A stretch of 64,000 nt of DNA from Clostridium sp. 26_22 (lineage in GTDB: Bacteria > Bacillota > Clostridia > TANB77 > CAG-508), in assembly GCA_001916005.1 (NCBI GenBank), contig MNRP01000056.1:182-64181 (forward strand). The letters are read 5' to 3'. Of this stretch, positions 38,501-48,379 are shown piece by piece. Each line of letters starts with the position of its first letter. The stretch's first letter is position 1. The notes beneath the pieces are model-generated. The model searched no databases. It worked only from the letters and a program-made list of their open reading frames with translations, and had not been told where the DNA came from. Made by a program: the position numbers and the translations under genes.

Positions 38501-39326
38501 AGCAATTTCATATGCAGAATCCCAATTTTGTAAATTATCTTGTAGTGTTTTTAATTGTTTTATATCTGATGCTATTATTTGTTCAAATACTTCTAAATCT
38601 TTATCATTTGTCAAACTTTCTCTTGCATCTTCTAAAACAGCTATATCATCTATTAATTCTTCATCTAGTTCTTCTAATAACACACTTCCCCATGGTGTTT
38701 TACTGAAATCTTCATTTAACTTTCCATCTAAATTAAACATTTCTATTTTTTCATGTAACCATTCTTTAGGAAATGGGCTTGAACCAATATAACCATGAAT
38801 TTTTAGAACCAAATCTTTTAGGGGTGTGTCATCTCTATAACTTGTATATGTATTTACTAATTTTGTAAAATCACTATCATCTTCTTCATACTTTTTTTCA
38901 AATATATCATCTAAGATTTCTTGTTTTAATAGTTCTATTTCTGGTGTATCTGCTATTCTAAAATTTGGTGATACATTATTTAATTCAAAAAAATTATTTT
39001 TTACTACTTCTAGACAGAACGAATCTATTGTACATATACTAGCCATATTTAATAAGGTTATTTGCCTTTGTAAATTTTCATTTTCAGGGTCTTCTTCTAG
39101 TTTTTTATATATTGCATCTAACACTCTTTCTCTCATTTCTGAAGCTGCTGCATTTGTGAATGTTACGACTAATAATTTATTTATATCTATATTTTCATTT
39201 ATTGCTTTATTTATTATTCTTTCTACTAATACTGCTGTTTTTCCGACTTCCAGCTGCTGCGGCTACTAGTAAGTTTGAATTTTTTACATATATTGCTTGT
39301 TTTTGTTCTTTTGTCCAGTTTGGCAT
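35594..39326 (-). pseudogene. addA: ATP-dependent helicase/nuclease AddA, 1-nt insertion inside Walker A (about 39245)
   Basis: ATG at 39326 reads MPNWTKEQKQAIYVKNSNLLVAAAAGS and then goes out of frame. Removing one base restores [13 protein letters not shown]...[14 protein letters not shown], continuous with the 1180-aa ORF. C-terminal nuclease motif GIIDLYY...DYKTD. Confidence 0.8.
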
Positions 39327-39370
39327 ATATTTTTCCTTTCTAAACAGTGAGCCAATGAAATTTTGTTTCA

Positions 39371-39694
39371 CTAAATTTTTCTATATCTTCTACAATCTAT
39401 TTTTCCTTTTAAATAAGTTGATAATTTTTCTCCATTTATCAAATTTTCTTTTTGCTGTTTTGTTAAATTTTTTATTTGATATTCTAATTTGCATGCTAAA
39501 GATTTTTCTTTGCTTTTCCAAGCTGTCTCTAGTTTTATTACGTCATGCGATTTTGTATATTTTGCTCCATTTTTACTTTTGGTTTTATGTTCATTTAATC
39601 TTTTTTCTAAATTGTTTGTCATTCCTGTATATATTGAATTATCTGAACATCTTAACATATATGTATAATACATTTGTATTCTCCTATTTTTCAA
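39371..39694 (-). CDS. GIY-YIG nuclease family protein (UPF0213-like)
   Basis: YYTYMLRC..SIYTGMTNNLEKRLNEH motif. Confidence 0.8.
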   Translation of the reverse strand: MKNRRIQMYYTYMLRCSDNSIYTGMTNNLEKRLNEHKTKSKNGAKYTKSHDVIKLETAWKSKEKSLACKLEYQIKNLTKQQKENLINGEKLSTYLKGKIDCRRYRKI

Positions 39695-39805
39695 CCAATT
39701 AAAGAACGTCCCATTGGTTCCATTAGTTGAATTTTTATTATATTTTTAATATATCACATGCTTTGCTTTGTTTCAATATTTTTATACAAAGTTTATTCTT
39801 TTTAA

Positions 39806-39832
39806 CTGAAAAGAGAAGCCAATGGCTTCCCT
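39806..39832 (-). terminator. intrinsic terminator
   Basis: GGGAAGCC-auu-GGCUUCUC followed by UUUUC. Confidence 0.55.
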
Positions 39833-39856
39833 TTTGTGTAACATTTAAATTATTGT

Positions 39857-40087
39857 TTAACCTTTACGAATATAATATCTTAATCGTGGTGAAAGTATTT
39901 GTGCTCTTACATACTCTGAAATTATTTCTTCAACTTCTTTTTCTGTAAATTCTAATCCAAACTTTTCCTTTAAATCGGTCCGCATTTTTTCTGGTGTCAC
40001 TTTTATCTGTGATGCTATATAATTATATATCACAAATTCTTTATCTCTTCTGCATTGTTCTCTTGTCATAGCTATTAGCACATTCAT
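39857..40087 (-). CDS. hypothetical small protein
   Basis: 76-aa ORF with its own terminator. Confidence 0.4.
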   Translation of the reverse strand: MNVLIAMTREQCRRDKEFVIYNYIASQIKVTPEKMRTDLKEKFGLEFTEKEVEEIISEYVRAQILSPRLRYYIRKG

Positions 40088-40150
40088 AATATTTTTCTCC
40101 TTTAAATAATAATTTAATAGGTTACATTTTCTTTCGATTACTTAATAAAT

Positions 40151-40459
40151 TTATTTAAGTAATTTCATAACATCTTCGGTTACAGCTATTTTTGGAATTT
40201 TAGGATCCAATGGTTTCATTGCACCTACAATGCCTATCAAAATTTTTCTTAAACTTCTTACATTCAATTCATCTTTTTCAAAATAAATTAACGTAATTAA
40301 TTTTGTTTGATAATTTCCTTTTGTATCATAAAATCCTTTTTTTGCAATAATGCTATTTCTTTTTTGATTTTCTTCAACTTTAGAAACCATCACTCCTTCA
40401 AATTTTGACTTTTCCATTTCTTTTGAGTCTAAAATAAAAACTCCATCTTCTGTCCGCAT
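40151..40459 (-). CDS. hypothetical small protein
   Basis: 102-aa ORF with a GGAGG RBS. Confidence 0.45.
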   Translation of the reverse strand: MRTEDGVFILDSKEMEKSKFEGVMVSKVEENQKRNSIIAKKGFYDTKGNYQTKLITLIYFEKDELNVRSLRKILIGIVGAMKPLDPKIPKIAVTEDVMKLLK

Positions 40460-40549
40460 AGTTACCTCCTAAGCATTTTTTTACTTTACGATTTTACCAC
40501 TTTATGTCAAAGTTGTCAATTTTTTAAAATCATATTCTCTTTAACACTA

Positions 40550-41071
40550 TTATAATTTTTTCACATTTATTTTAGTATTTTTGTCTATATTATTAATTAA
40601 TTTTTCTATATCTTTTTTATTTATTGCAATGCAACCATGAGTAGCAGTATTGTTACTACAATGAAGAAATATTGCACTCCCATTGTTAGGAATATTAAGA
40701 GGATTGCTCTTTATTTCTATTAAATATTCATATTGAATTGGGTAATCTATTAAATGCTCCGCACTATTCCAATCTTTTTCTATTTTAGTTATATCTACTA
40801 ATTTATTATAATGTTTTGAATTACTGTCATCTACCCAATACATATTAGCATCTATTCTTTTATAATTTACATTTTTGTTACAAATTTCATCATGTGTTCC
40901 TAGAATTAATCCTAATTCAAACTCACCTATAGGTGTGCAGTCATCTCCTTCTTGTTTGTTTATAGTTGCACCATTTTTTCCAATAAATGCTGTTGTTTTC
41001 AAATCACATTTATCAAATTTTAAAATTGACTTATTTTTATTTATTAAAACATTAATTTTGTTATCTATCAT
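40550..41071 (-). CDS. L,D-transpeptidase family protein (YkuD_2-like)
   Basis: C-terminal GSAIFLHCSNNTATHGCIAI motif (His...Cys catalytic pair). Confidence 0.6.
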   Translation of the reverse strand: MIDNKINVLINKNKSILKFDKCDLKTTAFIGKNGATINKQEGDDCTPIGEFELGLILGTHDEICNKNVNYKRIDANMYWVDDSNSKHYNKLVDITKIEKDWNSAEHLIDYPIQYEYLIEIKSNPLNIPNNGSAIFLHCSNNTATHGCIAINKKDIEKLINNIDKNTKINVKKL

Positions 41072-42437
41072 TTTCTTCTATTTCTTTCTCTTCTTTATTA
41101 GTTTGCATAGATTTTATCTTTTTAGCAAATTCTTTGTAAATTATATCTTGAACTTCTGTTACTTCTTGATACTCTACTTTTCCTTCAAATTTTTTGATTA
41201 CTTGATAAGCAGATTCTGATATCATTTGTGCAATACTTGCTACCTTTAAAGTATATTTTATTGAATCTAAATTTGAATTTATTGTATTTTTATAATTTTC
41301 TTTAATATCTCCATATGGAGCTATTGGATTTCCACCCATACCTGAAAGCTCTATAAGTAAATTTTGTGGGTATTTTAGTCTAAACATATCATTTGTAGAT
41401 GTTGCATTAGCCTCGTTAACATAGATTCCATATTTTGAACTTTCTTTTTTATCATTTCCATTTTCATCTAATCCTGAGTTCTTATAAGTTTTTTCTTGAT
41501 ATGTTTTGGCTAACATATAATTAGTTATTTCCTTTTTAAATATATCTTCTCTTTTAATTTTTTTATTTTCTATTTGGGTTGCTGGTCTTTGAAATATAAC
41601 ACTTCCTGTGCTATGATAATTCAAATACGCAAATAATTTTCCTTTTTTATATAATAAATCTAACAAATTAGATATAGCTAAAGTTTCTTTTTCAATTTTA
41701 AATCCTTTTTCTTTATCAAATGCACAATTTATTGGTCCTGGATGTGAAATATTTAAAATATTATGTCTTGGGCTTTGCATATAAATATCTTCACCATTTA
41801 ATATTTGAGATATTTTAGGATTATATTTTGAATTTGCCTGTATATCTACACCATTTGCATTAGCACTCCATATATGCAAACAATTTTGAGGCAAATCTGT
41901 ATATTTATCAAGAATAGATTTTACTGATTTTCTTACATTTTCGTATTTATCAGGAATACATCTATAGTTTATATTTTCAAACATTTCTAAATGTTCTTTT
42001 TTTACATTTTTATTAATATCATCACTTCTATATGCCATATAATATTTTTTGCATATTTTTTCTGCTTCTTCTTGTTCCATATCTCTAGGAATTAATTTTC
42101 TTACTGCACAAGAAGAAATCAGATATCCCTCTGGATTAAGCATTGGAATTAAATGTATTGTAAATTCTTTTAAAACATTATTCCATTCTTTTTCATTATT
42201 TTTTATATCACTCATTAGTTTTAATATAAAATCTGTTGTAATTATTTCACTTCCATGTGTTGCCCCGGTAATTACAATATCACTCTTTCCATTACCTACT
42301 GTAAAATGTCTTATAGGTAAATCTTTTTCCGTATTACCTAAATCATTTAATTCTATAAATTTTTTATCTTTTGAAAAACTATCTAATATTTGATTTACTT
42401 GTTCATAGTCTAAAATGCTATTTTTCAAATTTTTCAT
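41061..42437 (-). CDS. M14 family zinc carboxypeptidase
   Basis: GATHGSEIITTDF (HxxE zinc motif). 458 aa. Overlaps the downstream ldt-like gene by 11 nt. Confidence 0.7.
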   Translation of the reverse strand: MKNLKNSILDYEQVNQILDSFSKDKKFIELNDLGNTEKDLPIRHFTVGNGKSDIVITGATHGSEIITTDFILKLMSDIKNNEKEWNNVLKEFTIHLIPMLNPEGYLISSCAVRKLIPRDMEQEEAEKICKKYYMAYRSDDINKNVKKEHLEMFENINYRCIPDKYENVRKSVKSILDKYTDLPQNCLHIWSANANGVDIQANSKYNPKISQILNGEDIYMQSPRHNILNISHPGPINCAFDKEKGFKIEKETLAISNLLDLLYKKGKLFAYLNYHSTGSVIFQRPATQIENKKIKREDIFKKEITNYMLAKTYQEKTYKNSGLDENGNDKKESSKYGIYVNEANATSTNDMFRLKYPQNLLIELSGMGGNPIAPYGDIKENYKNTINSNLDSIKYTLKVASIAQMISESAYQVIKKFEGKVEYQEVTEVQDIIYKEFAKKIKSMQTNKEEKEIEENDR

Positions 42438-42555
42438 CTCCTAATGTCTAATAACTATAACAAAATCTAATAAAAAGTAAATTATTACTTTTTTAATGTT
42501 TTATTGCTGTTCATACTATATCATATTTTTCAAAAGATTTCCAGTTATTTTATAA

Positions 42556-42589
42556 CAAAAAAGAACGTCCTTATATAGTAGAACGTTCC
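42556..42589 (-). terminator. intrinsic terminator after the FtsX permease gene
   Basis: GAACGUUC...GGACGUUC stem followed by U7. Confidence 0.5.
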
Positions 42590-42596
42590 ATTAATT

Positions 42597-45299
42597 TTAA
42601 ATATTATCATTTCTAATAGTTTCGATAATATTTTGCTTATTAATTTTACTCATTGAATATTTCATAATAATTCCAATAACAATAGCCACAAATATTATAG
42701 CAACTGTAATAGCCTTATAAGGTAAAACATATTGAATTTCCATACTATTTTTAAACATACAATACATACCATAAGATAATAAAACACCAATTGGTATTCC
42801 TATAATCAATGATTTAACACCATAGAAAATACTCTCTAATCTAATCATTCTATTAAATTCTTTTTTTGTCATTCCTATTGATTTTAACATAGCAAATTCT
42901 TTTTTTCTTAAGTTCATATTTGTTGTGATTGTATTAAATATGTTTGTTATTCCAATTAATGTTATTACTGCTATAAATCCATATAAGAATATTGAAATTA
43001 CTAATACTATAGCATTTTCTGCTTTTGCGGATTCTTCTAAATTTGCTGAATACATATCAGTTTGTGTAAGATTATTTTCTTGTTTATATTGTTCTACTTC
43101 TTCATCTAATTTTGATGCATTTTGTGATTGTGCATATAACGTAGATGAATTATAACTTCCTATTTTGTTCATAAAATCTTCACTTACTATAAAATAAGAA
43201 TTTGAAATATATTCACTTGATATACCTTTTGGTTTTTCTTCTGTTCTTGCAACAATTTTTATTTCATAATTTTTTCCATCTATTTTCCCTGTTATAGTGT
43301 CTCCTTTTTGCCATTTATACATATTTCCTTGTTGTCTTTTTCCATCTATATAGTTTATGCTACCATCTATTAATATTGCACCATCTTTATAACTTTCATA
43401 ATTTCCTCCGATTTTCTTTAAAAATCTTTCATACTCATTTTTACTTAATGAAACTATATTAATATTATCTACTTGTTTTTGTGTTGAATCTTCAGAATAT
43501 TCAATATATGATGCTCTTACCTTCTCACCATATTCTGTTAAATCTGCTTTGTGTTTTTCATCCATTTCTATTTCAAATACATTGCTTTTATTTATTGAAA
43601 ATTCTCCTATGTCTGGTAAATTTGAAATATCTGTTAATATTTTTAAATTTTTAGCTTGTTCTTTTGCATATTCTTCTGTATCTTCTTTTGATACACTCTC
43701 TCTTCCATAAACTGCATAATTATAGTTCATTTCTGTATAATATGCTGAAGACATTTTGAATCCGTATTGTATAAAACTTGAAATTGCAATAAATATTACT
43801 ACACTTACTATTATAGAAATTACTGTTGTCCTATATTTTTTCTTGCTTCTTTTTAAGTTTTTGTATGCTATTTCTCCACCTGTTTTGAATATTTTTGTTA
43901 TTATTTTTGGACATTTTAATTTTTTATTTTTTAATTTAACATCTTCTGAACTTCTTATTGCTTGGATTGGAGTTATTTTTGATGCTTTTTTTGCTGATTT
44001 TCTACATGATAGCCAAATTGTTATAACTGATACTATTATACTTACAATTACTGCAAACCATGACATTTTATATGTTAATAAAGTTCCTCTTGATACATAA
44101 TCTTTTAATATGTAATTTACAACTTGAACTAATACATAAATTGCAAATACTCCACTTAAGATTCCTAGAGGAATTCCTATTAGTCCTAATATAAAGCCCT
44201 CAAAATATACACTCTTTTTGATTTGTTTTTTCGTTGCACCAATACTTGATAGCATTCCATATTGTTTTAATCTTTCTGTTATTGATATTGCAAATCCGTT
44301 TCTAATAACAAATACACTTGATACTAATACTATTCCAATTATGAATGCACCTAATCCGTAAATTGTTTTTAAAGTTTCGTCACTTAGGCTTGCCCCTTCA
44401 TATGATAATAGTTCTGTATTTATTTTTAAATCATATTTGTAGCTTTTATATGCTGTGTTTAATCCAGGTACTACATTATAATCATTTGCTTCTGTTCCAG
44501 CTTGTGCTTTAACCATTTGATTTATTGCCTCTGTATTATTTTTATATTCAAATGGATTTGTATATAATACTGCAATATTTGCTTTTTTATTTACATTTTG
44601 CATTTTTGTTATAACAGTAAACCAATCTACTTCATATGGTTCTATTGCTATTGATGGTCTTTCTATTATTCCTACTATTTTGTATGTTTTTGGAGTTGTA
44701 TTTTCAATTTCATTTTCGATTGCTTCTTCCTCTTGTTTTATTTCATCTGTTTGTTTTGGTTCTTTAATTTGTGATTCATCATAATAATTTGATTTCTGAT
44801 TATCTGAAGCTCCTTTTAATTCTCCAACATTTAATGTTATAGTATCTCCAACTTTATAATTTGTTTTAAATTTTTCATTTATTCTAGTTGATATAGCAAT
44901 TTCACTATCGTTTTCTGGTAATCTACCACTTTGAATATTAATAGCCATATTATTTAAAAATTTTTCATTCATTGCAATAATATTTACATATGGTTTTTCT
45001 TCTGTAGCTTTAGCATTTGGTATATAACTATAGCCTATTTCTTCTGATAAATAATAGTCTTTTACATTTCTATTTTCTTCAATATATTTAAGTTCTTCTT
45101 TTGGAACATTATAAAAAATAGCATGATAATTTCCTTTACTATTTTTAGCTGTTTCTATAAATGTTTGCTGAAAACTTGTTATAAGCCCAGCAACTGCACA
45201 AATCAAAGCTGTTGATAAAATAATTCCTATTATAATTACTATTGACCTCTTTTTATTCAGCTTTAAATCTTTTACACTTAATTCATTTAAAACTTTCAT
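42597..45299 (-). CDS. ABC transporter permease with two FtsX domains (MacB/BceB-like)
   Basis: 900 aa with two 4-TM FtsX modules, each preceded by a large extracytoplasmic domain. Confidence 0.8.
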   Translation of the reverse strand: MKVLNELSVKDLKLNKKRSIVIIIGIILSTALICAVAGLITSFQQTFIETAKNSKGNYHAIFYNVPKEELKYIEENRNVKDYYLSEEIGYSYIPNAKATEEKPYVNIIAMNEKFLNNMAINIQSGRLPENDSEIAISTRINEKFKTNYKVGDTITLNVGELKGASDNQKSNYYDESQIKEPKQTDEIKQEEEAIENEIENTTPKTYKIVGIIERPSIAIEPYEVDWFTVITKMQNVNKKANIAVLYTNPFEYKNNTEAINQMVKAQAGTEANDYNVVPGLNTAYKSYKYDLKINTELLSYEGASLSDETLKTIYGLGAFIIGIVLVSSVFVIRNGFAISITERLKQYGMLSSIGATKKQIKKSVYFEGFILGLIGIPLGILSGVFAIYVLVQVVNYILKDYVSRGTLLTYKMSWFAVIVSIIVSVITIWLSCRKSAKKASKITPIQAIRSSEDVKLKNKKLKCPKIITKIFKTGGEIAYKNLKRSKKKYRTTVISIIVSVVIFIAISSFIQYGFKMSSAYYTEMNYNYAVYGRESVSKEDTEEYAKEQAKNLKILTDISNLPDIGEFSINKSNVFEIEMDEKHKADLTEYGEKVRASYIEYSEDSTQKQVDNINIVSLSKNEYERFLKKIGGNYESYKDGAILIDGSINYIDGKRQQGNMYKWQKGDTITGKIDGKNYEIKIVARTEEKPKGISSEYISNSYFIVSEDFMNKIGSYNSSTLYAQSQNASKLDEEVEQYKQENNLTQTDMYSANLEESAKAENAIVLVISIFLYGFIAVITLIGITNIFNTITTNMNLRKKEFAMLKSIGMTKKEFNRMIRLESIFYGVKSLIIGIPIGVLLSYGMYCMFKNSMEIQYVLPYKAITVAIIFVAIVIGIIMKYSMSKINKQNIIETIRNDNI

Positions 45300-45982
45300 T
45301 ATTTTCCGTTCCTTTCATCTTTTATTATTTTTCCATCATCTATTGTTATAATTCTGTCCGCTTCTAGTGCTATTTTTTCATCATGTGTTATTATAATTAC
45401 AGTTTGATTGTACTTTTTATTTGAAAGTCTTAATAATGATATAATTTCTTCACTTGCTTTTGAATCCAAGTTACCTGTTGGTTCATCTGCAAGCATTAAG
45501 GCTGGTTCATTCATCATAGCTCTTCCTATAGATACTCTTTGTTGTTGTCCTCCTGATAATTGATTTGGTAAATTATTTCTTCTTTTTTCTAATCCCAAAG
45601 TTTTTAATAAATCATTTAATTTAGCCTCATTTACTTTTCTACCATCTAATTTTGTTGGTAAAGTTATATTTTCAGATACATTTAATACTGGTATTAAATT
45701 ATAAAATTGATAAATTAGTCCTACTTGTCTTCTTCTAAAAATTGCTAGATTGTCATCATTTAAAGTGTATATATCTTTTCCATCTATATAAACTTTTCCT
45801 GATGTTGGTCTATCTACTCCTCCTATTAAATGTAATAGTGTTGATTTTCCACTTCCACTAGCTCCTATTATAGCAACAAATTCTCCCTTTTCAACAGAGA
45901 ATGATATGTTATCTACTGCTTTTACTTGATTTTCTCCTTTTCCATAAATTTTATTTAAGTTCTCAACTTTTAATATCTCCAT
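45299..45982 (-). CDS. ABC transporter ATP-binding protein (MacB/LolD-type)
   Basis: Motifs [17 protein letters not shown] and LMLADEPT. Confidence 0.9.
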   Translation of the reverse strand: MEILKVENLNKIYGKGENQVKAVDNISFSVEKGEFVAIIGASGSGKSTLLHLIGGVDRPTSGKVYIDGKDIYTLNDDNLAIFRRRQVGLIYQFYNLIPVLNVSENITLPTKLDGRKVNEAKLNDLLKTLGLEKRRNNLPNQLSGGQQQRVSIGRAMMNEPALMLADEPTGNLDSKASEEIISLLRLSNKKYNQTVIIITHDEKIALEADRIITIDDGKIIKDERNGK

Positions 45983-46029
45983 ATTTTTTCCCCCTCTTGG
46001 ATTTTTGTTATATTTAGTATAAGTTTTTA

Positions 46030-46074
46030 AAGTGACTTTTAAGTGACTTTTTGACTATAAATTTTGTCACTTTT
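46030..46074. promoter_or_regulatory. tandem 11-bp direct repeats AAGTGACTTTT x2 plus a third half-site; candidate response-regulator box
   Basis: Read directly. Lies 50-90 nt upstream of the ABC ATPase start. Confidence 0.4.
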
Positions 46075-46099
46075 ATTATATAAAAAAGATTGATACTTG

Positions 46100-46975
46100 C
46101 TACGTATCAATCTTTTCATTATTTATTTTGTTGTAAACTTCTTTAATTATTTTATATCTTATATTAATTATCTTCTTATAAAATTCTTTTCTTTCATTAG
46201 ACATACAAGAAATTCCATCTATAAATTTATTTATTTCATCTATTTTTATATTTTTAAATACTCTTAAAATAGCTTTATTACATTCTTCATTTTTACATTC
46301 CTTTATATATGTCATATAGTTTATTTTTTTACTATTTTCTTTTAGGCAAGAATAGCAATTTATTGCTAAATTTTTTATATCATTATCTTGTAGTTTTTTT
46401 ATTTCATAATCATCTATCATAGGATTTAGACATGAACCACAATCATATATTGGTGCAAATTCTATTTTATTTGTTTTAATATCTACTAAAAAACCCCAGT
46501 TTCCATTGTGTCTATCTGTATTTCCTATTAAACTGTCTATAACAAACATATCCCAAAATTTTTCTCTTATTTTTGGTATATTAATTATATTATTTTCATC
46601 TAAGACATTTAAAATATCAGTTAATTCTGTTTCTATCTTTTTGTCTGGATTTGTACTTAATGCAAGATTCTCAAATTCATATAAAACTTTATTGGAATTT
46701 GTAAAATCTTCACACGCACATACTATTTTTTCTTTTTCGTTGTATTTGTATACTCCTATAATTGTATTTTGAGTTGGAAATCCTACCATTTTAAAAATAT
46801 TGCTTCCTATATACTCTGAAAATGCATTATTTATATATGAAATATTTTTGTTTTTTTCTCTTATTGGGTCAGGAAATTTTACTAAGTATTTTTTTCCATC
46901 ATATATCAGTGTTTTTTTCTTTTCTGAACCTTTATAATTATTTAATTCTTCTTTACAATTTGTAAAATTAATCAT
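46100..46975 (-). CDS. HipA-like kinase domain protein
   Basis: LIGNTDRHNGNWGF catalytic-loop motif. 291 aa. No N-terminal HipA coupling domain and no adjacent HipB. Confidence 0.65.
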   Translation of the reverse strand: MINFTNCKEELNNYKGSEKKKTLIYDGKKYLVKFPDPIREKNKNISYINNAFSEYIGSNIFKMVGFPTQNTIIGVYKYNEKEKIVCACEDFTNSNKVLYEFENLALSTNPDKKIETELTDILNVLDENNIINIPKIREKFWDMFVIDSLIGNTDRHNGNWGFLVDIKTNKIEFAPIYDCGSCLNPMIDDYEIKKLQDNDIKNLAINCYSCLKENSKKINYMTYIKECKNEECNKAILRVFKNIKIDEINKFIDGISCMSNERKEFYKKIINIRYKIIKEVYNKINNEKIDT

Positions 46976-47091
46976 TCACACTTCTCCTTATCTCATTTGG
47001 TCATAGTTTAAAATATTAATTACTTTACTTTTTTTATTATAGCATAATTGTTTTAAAAATGCACTACTTTTTGCTTGCTTTGTCTAATTCA

Positions 47092-48279
47092 TTAATTATT
47101 GTCATATAAATATTGTTCGGTTTTTCTTAAATAAATTGTAGCTATTATCAAGAAGAACATCAATATTGAAATTGATATTGAAAGTATATTTACATTATAA
47201 AAATAATTATATAAGACATATACTAAACTATAACTTATAACTTGTCCCACAAACATGTATATATTAAATACCATCATATGTTCTTTTCTATATTGTTCTA
47301 GATTATCAACTTTAATAGATGAATAAATTGCACTACATGATTCTGATTCTATTATAGTTCCAAAAGAATTCATTAATATATAATAAATCAATAGTGTTAC
47401 AAAACTTGAATTAAATACCACCAATAATGAAGAAACAAAAATGATTATAGCCATATATGGATAAAATTTTTTATTTACTTTTTTACTATTTATTATTTTT
47501 AAAATTTGTAAAGAAATAATTGATATTACTGCAAATAATGTATTATAACTTCCAAAGCTCATTTCTGTGCCTAATCTTAAAAATAATACAATAGGTAGTA
47601 ATTCTGTCATTGCTCCTTGTGATGATATTCTTCTGAAAAACATACATTTATATATGTCTTTTAAGTGAGTTTTTTCTTTAGCTATTTTCCAAAATTCTTT
47701 TATTTTCATTTTACTATCTTGTACTGTAAAGTCTTTAATTTTCATTGATATTGCAATAATTAATAGTGTTTCTAATCCTAAAGTTATAAATAGTACATTG
47801 TATGAAAATTTTTCTATTATAAATCCTGAAAACATTGGTGTTAATATTGCTGTAATATTTTCAAGAATATTTAAGTTTGCTAAATAACTGCTCATTGATT
47901 TATTCGTGTTTGAACCTATTATAATAAGTTCATATGGTACTGCATAAAATAAAGATTTCATTGTGTCTAATGTTTTAAATAAATATATATATTTAACTAT
48001 ATTTTCTTTAAATATTATTAATAAAAAAATGCTTATTGCACTTAGTACAAAACTTGATCTGTATATTATACCTGCATTTTTTGAATTGATTATCTTTAAT
48101 AATATGTATTCCAATATAACACTTAAAAATACTGAATAAATTGTGTATTTTAATATAAAGTTCATATCATTATTTACTATTTTTAAAATGTATATATTAA
48201 AAAATAGTGAAAAGAATACGTTTAAAAATTTTCTTAAAAATGCAATTATTGCTATGTATTTTCTATTTTCTTGTTCCAT
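47092..48279 (-). CDS. MFS-like polytopic membrane transporter
   Basis: 395 aa with about 12 TM helices. Confidence 0.55.
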   Translation of the reverse strand: MEQENRKYIAIIAFLRKFLNVFFSLFFNIYILKIVNNDMNFILKYTIYSVFLSVILEYILLKIINSKNAGIIYRSSFVLSAISIFLLIIFKENIVKYIYLFKTLDTMKSLFYAVPYELIIIGSNTNKSMSSYLANLNILENITAILTPMFSGFIIEKFSYNVLFITLGLETLLIIAISMKIKDFTVQDSKMKIKEFWKIAKEKTHLKDIYKCMFFRRISSQGAMTELLPIVLFLRLGTEMSFGSYNTLFAVISIISLQILKIINSKKVNKKFYPYMAIIIFVSSLLVVFNSSFVTLLIYYILMNSFGTIIESESCSAIYSSIKVDNLEQYRKEHMMVFNIYMFVGQVISYSLVYVLYNYFYNVNILSISISILMFFLIIATIYLRKTEQYLYDNN

Positions 48280-48289
48280 CTTTTTTTCT

Positions 48290-48375
48290 CCTTTGTTTTA
48301 AATATTCTTTTGATATTTCTGTTACAGTCTTTTTTTTTTATTTAATAGTGTTCCATCCAAATCCATTACAATCAT
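48290..48375 (-). pseudogene. N-terminal relic of a Cof-type HAD phosphatase
   Basis: ATG at 48375 reads MIVMDLDGTLLNKKK (HAD motif I), and then the frame decays in an A9-10 run. Confidence 0.45.
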
Positions 48376-48379
48376 TTTT

